A stretch of DNA of 64,000 nt, taken from NCBI GenBank assembly GCA_033764095.1, contig JANRJF010000244.1, positions 9,545-73,544 on the forward strand, written 5' to 3'. Below are positions 31,888 through 41,822 of this stretch, piece by piece. Numbering within the stretch: position 1 is the first letter of the stretch; each line of letters opens with the position of its first letter. Source of the stretch: Deltaproteobacteria bacterium. Its GTDB lineage: Bacteria; Desulfobacterota; Binatia; HRBIN30; CADEER01. The position numbers were made by a program, and so were the translations under genes. Below the pieces are notes generated by a model. That model made no database searches and was not told where the DNA came from. It saw only the letters and a program-made list of their open reading frames with translations.

Positions 31888-33260
31888 GCTTCGACCCCAG
31901 CTCGTTCCGCGATCCCGACGCCCGCGTGCTCGCCGGCGGCGGCCCGGACGTGCTGCGCGCGCTCTCGCAGGACGCTGCCACGCTCGACGCCCGTCTGCGT
32001 CGCGCCGGCGTGCTGGCCGAGCTGGAGCGTGACGGGCTGCTGATCGCCAGTCAGCGGCGCGACGACCAGCTGGCGCCGCAGGGCTGGTCGGCGGTGCTGT
32101 CGGCGCCGCGCCTGCCGTTCGTGAGCTACCCGTACGAGTGGTCGTTCTCGATGCTGCAGGACGCGGCGCTGCTCACCCTCGATCTACAGGCGCGCCTGCT
32201 GTCGCACGCGGCGACGTTGAAGGACGCCTCGGCGTTCAACGTCCTGTTCGACGGGGCGCGACCGGTCTTCGTCGATCTCGGCTCGCTCGCCGAGCGCGCT
32301 GGCAACGCGCCGTGGGGCGCCTACGGCCAGTTCGGTGATCACTTCCTCGCGCCGCTGATGCTCGAGGCCTACCGCGGCATTCCGTTCCAGCCGCTGTGGC
32401 GCGGAAACCTCGAGGGGCTGCCGGTGCGCCAGCTGGCGCCGATGCTCGCGCCGTTCGGCCTGCTGCGCGGCGGTGTGTTGACGCACGTCATGTTGCGCGC
32501 CTGGTTGGAACGGCGCACGCAACACCTCTCCGTTGACGCGCGGCGCGAGGTGCGCGCTGCGCCGCTGGCGCCACAGGCGGTGGCGCGAAACGTCGCCGGC
32601 CTGCGTGCGCTGATCGCCGGCCTGCGCAGCGGCGCGAGCAGCGCGTGGGCGACCTACGACGAGACCAACAGCTACGACCCGGCGGCCGCTGAACGGAAGA
32701 TGGCTTTCGTGCGCGACGCCTGTGCGCGGCTCGGCGGCGGCCGCCAGGCCTGGGACTGGGGCGCCAACACCGGACGCTACAGTCGCCTGCTGGCGGAACA
32801 CTACGCGACGGTGGTGGCGATGGATGCCGACGCCGGCGCCGTCGACCGCCTCTACACCAGTCTGCGCGGCACCGACGCGGCGCGCCGCATCCTGCCGCTG
32901 GTGATGGATGCGATGGATCCGTCGCCGGCGCGCGGCTGGCGCGGCACCGAGCGCCTCGCCCTGGCCGAGCGCGGCAGGCCGGAGCTGGTGCTGAGCCTGG
33001 CACTGATCCATCACCTCTGTCTCGGGCGCGGTGTGCCGTTGGATCAGTTCCTCGACTTTGCGCTGCAGGATGCGCCGCACGCGGTTGTCGAGTTCATCGC
33101 CGCCGAGGATCCGATGGCGCAGGCACTGCTTGCGACCAAGACCGTCACCCATCCGGGCTACGATGCGGCCGCATTCCGCCACCTCGCCGCGCAGCGCGGC
33201 CGCGTCGTCGCCGAGGCGGCGCTCTCGCCGACGCGCCAACTCCTGCTGCTCGCGCGGTAA
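31884..33260 (+). CDS. class I SAM-dependent methyltransferase-domain protein with about 270-aa N-terminal extension
   Basis: Motif I AWDWGANTGRYS, motif II VVAMDAD, and post-motif region ELVLSLALIHHL. Confidence 0.6.
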   Translation: MSFDPSSFRDPDARVLAGGGPDVLRALSQDAATLDARLRRAGVLAELERDGLLIASQRRDDQLAPQGWSAVLSAPRLPFVSYPYEWSFSMLQDAALLTLDLQARLLSHAATLKDASAFNVLFDGARPVFVDLGSLAERAGNAPWGAYGQFGDHFLAPLMLEAYRGIPFQPLWRGNLEGLPVRQLAPMLAPFGLLRGGVLTHVMLRAWLERRTQHLSVDARREVRAAPLAPQAVARNVAGLRALIAGLRSGASSAWATYDETNSYDPAAAERKMAFVRDACARLGGGRQAWDWGANTGRYSRLLAEHYATVVAMDADAGAVDRLYTSLRGTDAARRILPLVMDAMDPSPARGWRGTERLALAERGRPELVLSLALIHHLCLGRGVPLDQFLDFALQDAPHAVVEFIAAEDPMAQALLATKTVTHPGYDAAAFRHLAAQRGRVVAEAALSPTRQLLLLAR

Positions 33261-33263
33261 CCT

Positions 33264-33287
33264 CCTTCCCCCGCGCAGCGGGGAAGG
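33264..33287 (+). terminator. GC-rich hairpin (CCTTCCCC…GGGGAAGG), same family as 27363..27388
   Basis: Begins 4 nt after the TAA stop. Shares the ACCTCCTTCCCC 5' flank. Confidence 0.4.
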
Positions 33288-33390
33288 TTGGGATGGGGGC
33301 CGCTGTTTCCTGACTTCCCCCGCGCGGCGCGAGTAGGTAAGGGGCATGCCAGGCCCACGTCGGGCTCGCCACCAACCAGGGGAGGTCGTG

Positions 33391-33927
33391 ATGCGATTTG
33401 CGGGATGGACGGGAGTGATGACGTCGAGCGCGTTGCTGCTGTTGAGCGGCTGCGTGTTCCAGTCGACGTACAACAACATGCTGGCGCAGCAGCAGCAGAT
33501 CGAAGCCTCGCTGCGCTCCGAGATCGCCGCCGACCAGGTGAAGATCACGCAACTGGAGAACGGGCTGAAGGTGCAGATGTCCAGCGACCTGTTGTTCCGC
33601 GAAGGCGGCGTCGAGCTGAGTGATGCGGGCCGCGCGGCGATCAACAAGGTCGCGCCGACGCTCAACAGCGGCAGCTACGTCATCGACGTGGTCGGCAGCA
33701 CCGACAACGTGCCGATCGGTCCGGGACTGGCCGACCGCTACCCGACCAACTGGGAGCTGGCCGGGGCGCGCGCCGCCATGGTGGTGCGTCATCTGCAGAG
33801 CGACAGCGTCGACCCGACCGCGATGCGGGCGGTGTCGGAGGGCCAGTACCATCCGGTCGCCTCCAACGACACGCCGCAGGGCCGCGCACAGAATCGCAAC
33901 GTCTCCATCCTGCTCAAGCCGCGCTGA
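33391..33927 (+). CDS. OmpA/MotB-domain lipoprotein
   Basis: RBS GGAGG. Lipobox LLLSGC. C-terminal OmpA-like motifs (…VVGSTDNVP…NWELAGARAAMVVRHL…NRNVSI). Confidence 0.85.
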   Translation: MRFAGWTGVMTSSALLLLSGCVFQSTYNNMLAQQQQIEASLRSEIAADQVKITQLENGLKVQMSSDLLFREGGVELSDAGRAAINKVAPTLNSGSYVIDVVGSTDNVPIGPGLADRYPTNWELAGARAAMVVRHLQSDSVDPTAMRAVSEGQYHPVASNDTPQGRAQNRNVSILLKPR

Positions 33928-34015
33928 GCCCGGCGCGGGCTCTGTAAAAGCACCAGCCAGTTCTGCTACACGACGACGGTCGGACGCGTACGGGGGCGCG
34001 TCCGGCCGCGTTCCG

Positions 34016-36973
34016 ATGCAGGACTCCGACCCGAAACCCGCCGCTCCGCAGTCGATCGCCTTCGCCGAGTTTCGCCTCGACCTGCGCGGCGGCCAGCTGA
34101 CCCAGGCCGGCCGGCCGATTCCGCTGCGGCCGAAGACCTGGGCGGTGTTGCGCTACTTGGTCGAGCGGCCCGGCGTGCTGGTGTCACGCGACGAGCTGTT
34201 CGACGCGGTCTGGCCGGACGTCGCGGTGACGCCCGACACGCTGACCAAATCGATCGGCGAGCTGCGCGTCGCACTCGGCGAGGACGCGCGCGCGCCGCGC
34301 TTCATCGAAACCGTGCACCGCCGCGGCTTTCGCTTTCTCGACAGCCGGCCGGCAATCGACGCCGTGCCGGCCATTCCCGCCGGTGGCGCGGGCGCGGTGG
34401 TCGGCCGCGACGCCGAGCTCGGCGCAATGCGCGCGCAGTTGGCCCTCGCATTGCGCGGCGAGCGGCAGACGGTGTTCGTCACCGGCGCTGCCGGCATCGG
34501 CAAGACGACACTGGTCGACACCTGGCTCGACCGCGAGACCGCCGCGCACACACTGTGGGTGGGGCGCGGCACCTGCGTCGAGCAGTTCGGTCCGCGCGAA
34601 GCCTACCTGCCGGTGCTGCTGGCGCTCGACCGGCTGGCGCGCCGTCCCGATGCCGCGCGCTTCGTCGAGCTGCTGCGGCGCACCGCGCCGACCTGGCTGG
34701 CGCAGCTGCCGTGGCTGTTCGGCGACGACGCCGAGCGCCTGCGGCAAGCGCTGCTGGCGGCGCGCAGCGAGCGCATGTTGCGCGAGTTCGCCAGCCTGGT
34801 CGAAGCGCTCACCGCCGAAGTGCCGCTGGTTCTGGTGTTGGAGGATCTGCACTGGTGCGATCCGTCGACCGTGGACCTGCTGGCGCTGCTGGCGAATCGA
34901 CCGGAGTCGGCGCGTCTGTTGATCATCGGCACCTACCGGCCAGCCGAGGCGGCCGTGCACCAGCCGGCGCTGCCGCAGATGGTGCGGGCGCTACAGCTGC
35001 GCCGCCACTGCGCAAGACTGCCGCTGCACGAGCTCGACGAAGCTGATCTGCGCGACTACCTCGAGTCGCGCTTTCCTGGCGCCGCGCTGCCGCCGACGCT
35101 GACCGCGGTGCTGCACCGGTACACCGATGGAAATCCGCTGTTCGTCAACGCCGCGGTCGACCATATGCTGTCGCGTGGCTGGATCCTCGACACCGCCCCG
35201 GGCTGGGCGTTCGCGCCGCATCCGGAGCAGCTCGACCTCGGCATTCCCGACGACGCGCGCCGGCTGATCGCCACGCAGCTGGAGGGGCTGGCGCCAGTCG
35301 ACCGGTCGCTGCTCGACGCCGCCAGCGCCATCGGCGCCGAGTTCACGGCTCCGCTGCTCGCCGCCGCGCTCGAGGCGCGACTCGACGACGTCGAGGCGCG
35401 CTGCGACGACCTGGCGCGCCTGCACCGCTATCTCCGTGCTGCCGGCAGCGGCGAGTGGCCGGACGGCTCGCTGGCGTTGCACTACGCCTTCCCGCACGAG
35501 CTGTACCGGCAGGCGATCTACGACGCGCTGCCGGCCGGCAAGCGCCAGCGCCTGCACCAACGCATCGGCGAAGCGCTCGAGGCGGCGCACGGCAGCGACG
35601 TCGGGGCGGTGGCCGGCGAGCTGGCCGAGCACTTTGCGCGCAGCGGCGACGTGCGCCGCGCGCTGCGCTACCTGCAGGCGGCGGCGCAGCGCGCCAGCCG
35701 GCGCGACGCCGGTCGCGAGGCGATCGCCTTTCTCGAGATGGGGCTGACGCTGGTCGAGCGCTTGCCTGCCGACGCGGCCCCCGCGCGCGAGCTCGCCCTC
35801 CGCCTGCAACTGTGGCCGCTGCTGCGCGACCACGCGGGCGTGGCATCGCAGCGCTTGAGCGACAACTGTGCGCGTGCCGACCTGCTGGCGCGCACGGCCG
35901 GCAGTGCGGCCGATCGCTTCGAGGCGCTGTTCGCGCTCGTGCACGTTGCGACCGCGCGGGCCGATGCGGCCGCACCAGGCCTGGTCGACGCCGTCGACCG
36001 CGCCGCGTTGGCGCTCGACGATCGCGCGATACGGCTGCGCGCCGCCAGCGCGCGATTGCGCGTGGCGCTGTATCGTGGCGACTTCGCGCAGACACTGGAC
36101 GTCGCCGACCGGGTTCCCGACGTCGTCGGACTGGAGCAACTGACCGCATTCGCTCCCGACCTGGTGCTGCTGAGCCGCTCCCACTATGCGGCCGCGCTGT
36201 GGTTCCTCGGCCGGGTCGACGATGCACTGGCGCACCAGCGCGAGACGCTCGACGCCGCGGAACGTTCCGGCGTCTCGCTCTTTGCCCGCAGCGCGGCACT
36301 GGGATGGTGGACGTTCCTGCTGGTCATGTATCGCGACGCGGCCGGTGCACGCGCCAGCGGCGAGCAAGTGCTGCGTCTGACGACGGAGAACGGCTTCCCG
36401 TTCTGGGGTGCGATCGCGTTGTCCCTGGTGGGATGGGCCGAGGCCGTCAGCGACGAGGTCGAGGCCGGCATCGCGCATCTGCGCGAGGCATGCGCGGCGC
36501 TGGCGGCGACCGGTGGGAGTCTCTTCGCTCCCAATATGCAGACGTTCCTCGCCGAAGCGTACCTGCGCAGTGGCGCCATCGAGTCTGGATTGGAGGCGGC
36601 TGAGCTCGGGCTGCGGCTCGCGACCGAGACCCTCGACCGGTTCATGCTGCCGGAGCTCTGGCGTCTGAAGGGTGAATTGCTGCTGGCCGGGTCGCGCGGC
36701 ACAGCTGCGCAGGCGGTGCACTGCTTCGAGCAGGCGGTGACGACGGCCCAGGCGAGCGGGGCGCGCAGCTTGGAGCTGCGCGCGGTCACCAGCCAGGTAC
36801 GCCTGCAGCGCGCCAGCGGAGGGGGCGAGACGGCGCTGTCCCGACTGGCGGCGCTGTGTGAATGGTTTGGGGCGCAGGGCGACTCGCCAGACCTGGCCGA
36901 TGCGCGCGCGCTGCTGGCGGCCCCGCGCGGCGGGGTCAGGCGTCCGGCCGGCCGCCGGGCGCCGCGCGATTGA
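34016..36973 (+). CDS. transcriptional regulator: OmpR/PhoB-type winged-helix + STAND (NB-ARC-like) NTPase + TPR-like repeats
   Basis: N-terminal FAEFRLDLRGGQLTQAGRPIPLRPKTWAVLRYLVERPGVLVSRDEL…TVHRRGFRF (trans_reg_C). Walker A VFVTGAAGIGKTTLV. Walker B LVLVLEDLHWCD. Long helical C-terminal half. Confidence 0.8.
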   Translation: MQDSDPKPAAPQSIAFAEFRLDLRGGQLTQAGRPIPLRPKTWAVLRYLVERPGVLVSRDELFDAVWPDVAVTPDTLTKSIGELRVALGEDARAPRFIETVHRRGFRFLDSRPAIDAVPAIPAGGAGAVVGRDAELGAMRAQLALALRGERQTVFVTGAAGIGKTTLVDTWLDRETAAHTLWVGRGTCVEQFGPREAYLPVLLALDRLARRPDAARFVELLRRTAPTWLAQLPWLFGDDAERLRQALLAARSERMLREFASLVEALTAEVPLVLVLEDLHWCDPSTVDLLALLANRPESARLLIIGTYRPAEAAVHQPALPQMVRALQLRRHCARLPLHELDEADLRDYLESRFPGAALPPTLTAVLHRYTDGNPLFVNAAVDHMLSRGWILDTAPGWAFAPHPEQLDLGIPDDARRLIATQLEGLAPVDRSLLDAASAIGAEFTAPLLAAALEARLDDVEARCDDLARLHRYLRAAGSGEWPDGSLALHYAFPHELYRQAIYDALPAGKRQRLHQRIGEALEAAHGSDVGAVAGELAEHFARSGDVRRALRYLQAAAQRASRRDAGREAIAFLEMGLTLVERLPADAAPARELALRLQLWPLLRDHAGVASQRLSDNCARADLLARTAGSAADRFEALFALVHVATARADAAAPGLVDAVDRAALALDDRAIRLRAASARLRVALYRGDFAQTLDVADRVPDVVGLEQLTAFAPDLVLLSRSHYAAALWFLGRVDDALAHQRETLDAAERSGVSLFARSAALGWWTFLLVMYRDAAGARASGEQVLRLTTENGFPFWGAIALSLVGWAEAVSDEVEAGIAHLREACAALAATGGSLFAPNMQTFLAEAYLRSGAIESGLEAAELGLRLATETLDRFMLPELWRLKGELLLAGSRGTAAQAVHCFEQAVTTAQASGARSLELRAVTSQVRLQRASGGGETALSRLAALCEWFGAQGDSPDLADARALLAAPRGGVRRPAGRRAPRD

Positions 36974-37040
36974 ACGGCTTTCCGCGAAGTTTCCGCCCAC
37001 CTTCGGGACTTCGCCCGGCGGCTGCGGCAGGGTCGCGACC

Positions 37041-37256
37041 ATGCAGGGTGGAAACCGCGACAATCTCGCCCCGGCGCTGCCGGCGTGGAAGGCGTTCGTG
37101 GTGCAGTTCAGTCGGGATACCGACCATGTACGCCGCGAGTGCTCGGGCCGTGTCGAGCACCTCAGTTCCGGACGCCGAGCGCACTTCAACTCGACGGCCG
37201 AGCTGCTGACCATTCTGGACCAGCTGCTCGACGAGCTCGGCAACGCAGAGGAATGA
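37041..37256 (+). CDS. hypothetical small protein (71 aa), stop overlaps FadL-like start (ATGA)
   Basis: ATG 37041; weak RBS; no domain. Confidence 0.3.
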   Translation: MQGGNRDNLAPALPAWKAFVVQFSRDTDHVRRECSGRVEHLSSGRRAHFNSTAELLTILDQLLDELGNAEE

Positions 37257-38512
37257 ACGTGGGCATACTCTCTCGACTGAGGCTGATACTGATTGGATTG
37301 GCCTCCGCCGCGCTGCTGCCGGGACTGGCGCGCGCCGGCGGGCTCGGCCTCTATGAAGTCGGCGCACCAGATCTCGGCACCGCCAGCGCCGGGCGCGCGG
37401 CGCTCGCCGCCGATGCCTCGACGGCGTGGGGCAATCCCGCCGGCATGACCCGGCTGCAGGGCTCGCAGATCCTCTTCGGCCTGCAGCCGCTGATCGTCAC
37501 CACCGAGTTCGACGTCGGCACCGGCACCACCACCACCGGCACCAACGGCGGCAACGCCGGCGGCTTCGTGCCGTCCGGCGGCCTCTACGGCGTCTACGAG
37601 ATCATGCCGGACCTCAAGCTCGGCGCCTCGCTCAACTCCTACGTCGGCGGCAGCCTCAACTACGACGACAACTGGGTCGGGCGCTTCTACACCACGCAGA
37701 CCGAGTTGCTGACGTTCAACCTCAACCCGGTCATCGCCTACCGCGTACTGCCGTGGCTGTCGCTCGCCGCCGGCTTCTCGGTGCAATACGCCGATCTGAA
37801 ACAGGAGCTGGCGACGCCGAACGCGCTGGATCCGGCCGCCGACGGGCGGATGAAGTACCAGGACCACAACTTCGGCTTCGGCGGCAACATCGGTGCGCTG
37901 TTCGAGATCGACGAGCTCACCCGCGTCGGCCTCACCTACCGCTCGCAGGTCGACCAGAGCTTCGACGACGTCCCGTCGTTCAGCCGCGTCCCGCCCGGCA
38001 CCGTGGTGCGCTCGCTCGGCCTCGACATGACCATCCCGCAGGAGGTGATGCTGAGCGGCTTTCGCCAGGTCACCGACGACCTCGCGCTGATGGCCAACTT
38101 CGACTGGCAGAACTGGAGCCAGTTCGGCCAGTTCAACGTCGGCCTGAGCGGCACGCCGCCGCGCAGCAAGGCCTTCGACGCCAACCTCGACGACACCTTC
38201 CAGGCGGCCTTCGGCGTCCACTACCGGCTCGGCGCGCCGACCATGCTGCAACTCGGCTTCGCCTACGACAGCTCGGCGGCGGACGAACAACAGCGCACGC
38301 CGTCGCTGCCGATCGACCAGCAGTTCCGCTTCGCCGCCGGCGTCACCTACGCGGTCACCGACGACTACACGCTCGGCTTCGCCTACGAGTACGCCAGCCT
38401 CGGCTCGGCGTCGCTCGACACCACGCGTGGCCCGCTGTCCGGCACATTGCAGGGCGACTACTCGACCAACACCCTCAACGTCCTCGGCTTCACCGTCAAT
38501 CACCGGTTCTGA
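37253..38512 (+). CDS. outer-membrane hydrophobic-compound channel (FadL/TodX/OmpP1 family)
   Basis: Signal peptide + A-rich N-terminus (LGLYEVGAPDLGTASAGRAALAADASTAWGNPAGM). C-terminal aromatic F. Overall FadL family resemblance. Confidence 0.75.
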   Translation: MNVGILSRLRLILIGLASAALLPGLARAGGLGLYEVGAPDLGTASAGRAALAADASTAWGNPAGMTRLQGSQILFGLQPLIVTTEFDVGTGTTTTGTNGGNAGGFVPSGGLYGVYEIMPDLKLGASLNSYVGGSLNYDDNWVGRFYTTQTELLTFNLNPVIAYRVLPWLSLAAGFSVQYADLKQELATPNALDPAADGRMKYQDHNFGFGGNIGALFEIDELTRVGLTYRSQVDQSFDDVPSFSRVPPGTVVRSLGLDMTIPQEVMLSGFRQVTDDLALMANFDWQNWSQFGQFNVGLSGTPPRSKAFDANLDDTFQAAFGVHYRLGAPTMLQLGFAYDSSAADEQQRTPSLPIDQQFRFAAGVTYAVTDDYTLGFAYEYASLGSASLDTTRGPLSGTLQGDYSTNTLNVLGFTVNHRF

Positions 38513-38546
38513 GGCGTCGCCGCGGCGATTGCTGATGGAGGTCTGC

Positions 38547-41069
38547 ATGCGATTCAACCGGCAGCAGGTTACTGGAGGCCTGGCGATCGCGCTCGGGCTG
38601 CTGTGCGCTGTGGTGCGGCCAGCCGGCGCGCAGCAGGTCACCGGCACGCTCGGTGCACCCAACGCGACGACGACGCTGAGCGGTAAGCAACTGCCCGCTC
38701 CGCAGCCGCCCTTCGGCGGCGTGATCAAGGACGACGCGCTGCAGTCGAAGCCATGGTGGGCGCCGCGCATCGTGCCGCCCGCCGGCGCCCCCAATGTGCT
38801 GCTGATCATCACCGACGACGCCGGGTTCGGCGTTCCCAGCACCTTCGGTGGGGTGATCCCGACGCCGAGCATGGATCGGATTGCCAGGGAGGGGTTGCGC
38901 TTCAACCGGGTGTTCTCGACCGCGCTGTGCTCGCCGACGCGCGCGGCGCTGATCACCGGGCGCAACCACCACTCGGCCGGCTTCGGTGTGATCGCCGAGC
39001 AGTCGACCGGCTTTCCCGGCTACAACAGCATCATTGACCAGGACAAGGCGACCGTCGGTCGTGTGCTGCTCGACAACGGGTATGCAACGTCGTGGTTCGG
39101 CAAGGACCACAACACGCCGGCGTTCGCGGCCAGCCAGGTGGGCCCGTTCAATCAATGGCCGACCGGGTTGGGCTTCGAGTACTTCTACGGATTCGTCGGC
39201 GGCGACGCCAACCAGTGGCAGCCGAATCTGTTCCGCAACACGACGCAGATCTATCCCTTCGAGGGCAAGCCGCCCGGCACCTGGAACCTGATCACGGCAA
39301 TGGCCGACGATGCCATCGACTGGATGACGCGTGTGCACCAGACCGATCCGAGCAAGCCGCTGTTCATCAAGTACGCGCCGGGCGCGACGCACGCGCCGCA
39401 CCACCCGACCAAGGAATGGGTGGATCGGATCCACGCCATGCACCTCTTCGACGACGGCTACGAGAAGCTGCGCGAGCGCATCTTCGCCAACCAGAAACGG
39501 CTCGGGGTGGTGCCCGCCGATGCCCAGCTCACGCCGTGGCCGAGCGACGTGCTGAAGCCGTGGGATCAGCTCAGCGCCGAGGAGCAGAAGCTCTTCATCC
39601 GCCAGGTCGAGGTCTTCGCCGCCTACGCCGCGTACAGTGACTACGAGATCGGCCGCGTCATCCAGCACTTCGAGGACCTCGGCCGCCTCGACAACACGCT
39701 GATCATCTACATCAACGGCGACAACGGCACCTCCGCCGAGGGCGGACCAATGGGTACGCCGAACGAGGTCGCCTTCTTCAACGGTGTCAGCGTGCCGGTC
39801 GACGCGCAGATGAAGTTCTACGACGTCTGGGGCACGGAGCAGACGTACAACCACATGTCGGCGGGCTGGTCGTGGGCCTTCGACACGCCGTTCGACTGGT
39901 TCAAGCAGAATGCCTCGCGGCTCGGCGGCATCAACCAGAACATGGTCGTGTCGTGGCCGGCGCGCATCACCGACAAGGGCGCGTTGCGCGAACAGTTCAT
40001 CCACGTCATCGACGTCATGCCGACCATCCTGGAGGCGGCCGGCATCCGCGCGCCGGAGGTGGTCGACGGGATCAAGCAGGCGCCAATCGAAGGAACCAGC
40101 TTCGCCTACACCTTCGATGCGGCCAACGCCAAGGCGCCGTCGCGGCACAAGACACAGTACTTCGAGATGATGGGTCAGTGGGCGCTGTATCAGGACGGAT
40201 GGGTGTTGAGCACCAAGGTCGATCGCGCGCCGTGGGAGGCGTTCGGCCCGGCCAACCCCGATCCACTGAACAACCAGGTGTTCCAGCTCTACGATCTCCG
40301 TTCCGACTTCACGCAATCCGAGGACCTCGCCGCCAGTCACCCCGAGAAGGTCAAGCAGCTCAAGGCGGCGTTCGTCGCCGAGGCGCGCAAGTATCAGGTC
40401 TTTCCGCTCGACGCGTCGGTGGCGGCGCGCATCGTCGCACCGCGGCCGAACATCACCGCCGGCCGCAGCGAGTTCGTCTACACCCAGCCGATGGTTGGCC
40501 TGCCGCAGGGCGACTCGCCGTTCCTGCTCAACAGCTCCTACACGATCGCGGCGGACATCGAGGTCCCGGCGGCCGGCGCCGAGGGGATGATCCTGACTTC
40601 GGGCGGCCGCTTCGCCGGTTACGGCCTCTACCTGCTCGCCGGCAAGCCGGTGTTCCTGTGGAACCTGGTCGATCTGGAGCGGATCAGGTGGGAGGGGCCG
40701 GACGCGCTCGCGCCGGGTACGCACCGCATCGAGTTCGACTTCACGTACGACGGGCTCGGGGTGGGGACCCTGGCGTTCAACAACTTCTCCGGCGTCGGGC
40801 GGCCGGGAACCGGCGTGCTGAAGGTCGACGGCACCGCCGTCGCCACCCAGCAGATGGCGCGCACACTGCCCATGATTCTGCAGTGGGACGAGAGCTTCGA
40901 CATCGGCTCCGATACGCTGACCGGCGTCAACGATGCCGACTACCAGCCGCCGTTTCCCTTCACCGGCAAGCTCGAAAAGCTGACCATCACGATCGATCGG
41001 CCGACGCTGTCGCCCGCCGATATCACGCAGCTCGAAGCGGCGATGCGCAACAACAAGGCGAGCGAGTGA
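38547..41069 (+). CDS. arylsulfatase-family sulfatase (840 aa, secreted) with extra C-terminal domain
   Basis: RBS GGAGG. Signal peptide. Sulfatase signature CSPTRAALITGR (FGly site) and LIITDDAG metal-binding N-terminus. Confidence 0.85.
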   Translation: MRFNRQQVTGGLAIALGLLCAVVRPAGAQQVTGTLGAPNATTTLSGKQLPAPQPPFGGVIKDDALQSKPWWAPRIVPPAGAPNVLLIITDDAGFGVPSTFGGVIPTPSMDRIAREGLRFNRVFSTALCSPTRAALITGRNHHSAGFGVIAEQSTGFPGYNSIIDQDKATVGRVLLDNGYATSWFGKDHNTPAFAASQVGPFNQWPTGLGFEYFYGFVGGDANQWQPNLFRNTTQIYPFEGKPPGTWNLITAMADDAIDWMTRVHQTDPSKPLFIKYAPGATHAPHHPTKEWVDRIHAMHLFDDGYEKLRERIFANQKRLGVVPADAQLTPWPSDVLKPWDQLSAEEQKLFIRQVEVFAAYAAYSDYEIGRVIQHFEDLGRLDNTLIIYINGDNGTSAEGGPMGTPNEVAFFNGVSVPVDAQMKFYDVWGTEQTYNHMSAGWSWAFDTPFDWFKQNASRLGGINQNMVVSWPARITDKGALREQFIHVIDVMPTILEAAGIRAPEVVDGIKQAPIEGTSFAYTFDAANAKAPSRHKTQYFEMMGQWALYQDGWVLSTKVDRAPWEAFGPANPDPLNNQVFQLYDLRSDFTQSEDLAASHPEKVKQLKAAFVAEARKYQVFPLDASVAARIVAPRPNITAGRSEFVYTQPMVGLPQGDSPFLLNSSYTIAADIEVPAAGAEGMILTSGGRFAGYGLYLLAGKPVFLWNLVDLERIRWEGPDALAPGTHRIEFDFTYDGLGVGTLAFNNFSGVGRPGTGVLKVDGTAVATQQMARTLPMILQWDESFDIGSDTLTGVNDADYQPPFPFTGKLEKLTITIDRPTLSPADITQLEAAMRNNKASE

Positions 41070-41082
41070 TCGGCGCGGTGCA

Positions 41083-41694
41083 CTACTCCCGCCGGGTGAT
41101 CTGCAGCGCCACCAACCGCGCCACCAGGATGGCGAGGTAGAACTGCCCGGCGATGCCCTGCGCGACGGCGGCGTAGCGCGCCGACAGGGTGACCGGGGTG
41201 ATGTCGCCGTAGCCGATGGTCGCCAGGGTGGTGAGGCTGAAATAGACAAAGACCGGCAGCAGCGCGATGAAGTCGTTGTGCGTCGCGTGCAGCGCGTCGG
41301 GTTGGCGCTCGAAGTGGAAGGCGTCGGGGTGGCGCTGGAAGATCAGCATGTAGAGCAACCCCCAGGTCATGCCGAGCAACAGGTAGACGGCGACGGCGAG
41401 GCTGATCGCTTCGCCGGTGACGACCTTCTGGCGCACCAGGTTGCTGAGCTTCGCGGCGCTGACGTAGGCGAAGAACAGCAACCAGGCGATGGTGCTGAGC
41501 AACATCAGCCGCGGGCTCGGCGCGACCAGCACCATGATGCGCTCGCCCAGGGCAACGATGGCGAGCACCCAGCCGACGATCGTCTGGCGGCGGCGTTCGG
41601 CGGCCAGCTTGGTGGGCTCGCCGATCAGGTCGTTCACGTCCATCGAGTACATGGCCACGGCGAGCAGCAGCATCATCGCCAGGCTGAACAGCAT
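41083..41694 (-). CDS. potassium channel protein (pore-loop TIGYGD); N-terminal extent uncertain (ORF open to 41994)
   Basis: Selectivity filter TTLATIGYGD, flanked by TM helices. Confidence 0.7.
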   Translation of the reverse strand: MLFSLAMMLLLAVAMYSMDVNDLIGEPTKLAAERRRQTIVGWVLAIVALGERIMVLVAPSPRLMLLSTIAWLLFFAYVSAAKLSNLVRQKVVTGEAISLAVAVYLLLGMTWGLLYMLIFQRHPDAFHFERQPDALHATHNDFIALLPVFVYFSLTTLATIGYGDITPVTLSARYAAVAQGIAGQFYLAILVARLVALQITRRE

Positions 41695-41822
41695 GTCGAC
41701 GCCAGGCGCGTCGCCGACCACCGGGCGCACGGCGAAGGTGACGATGATCGCCGTCAGCAGCGCCGAATGCCGGCGCCGCCAGAGTGCCTTGCGCAGGGCA
41801 CCGAGGGGCTGCACGGCGAGCC

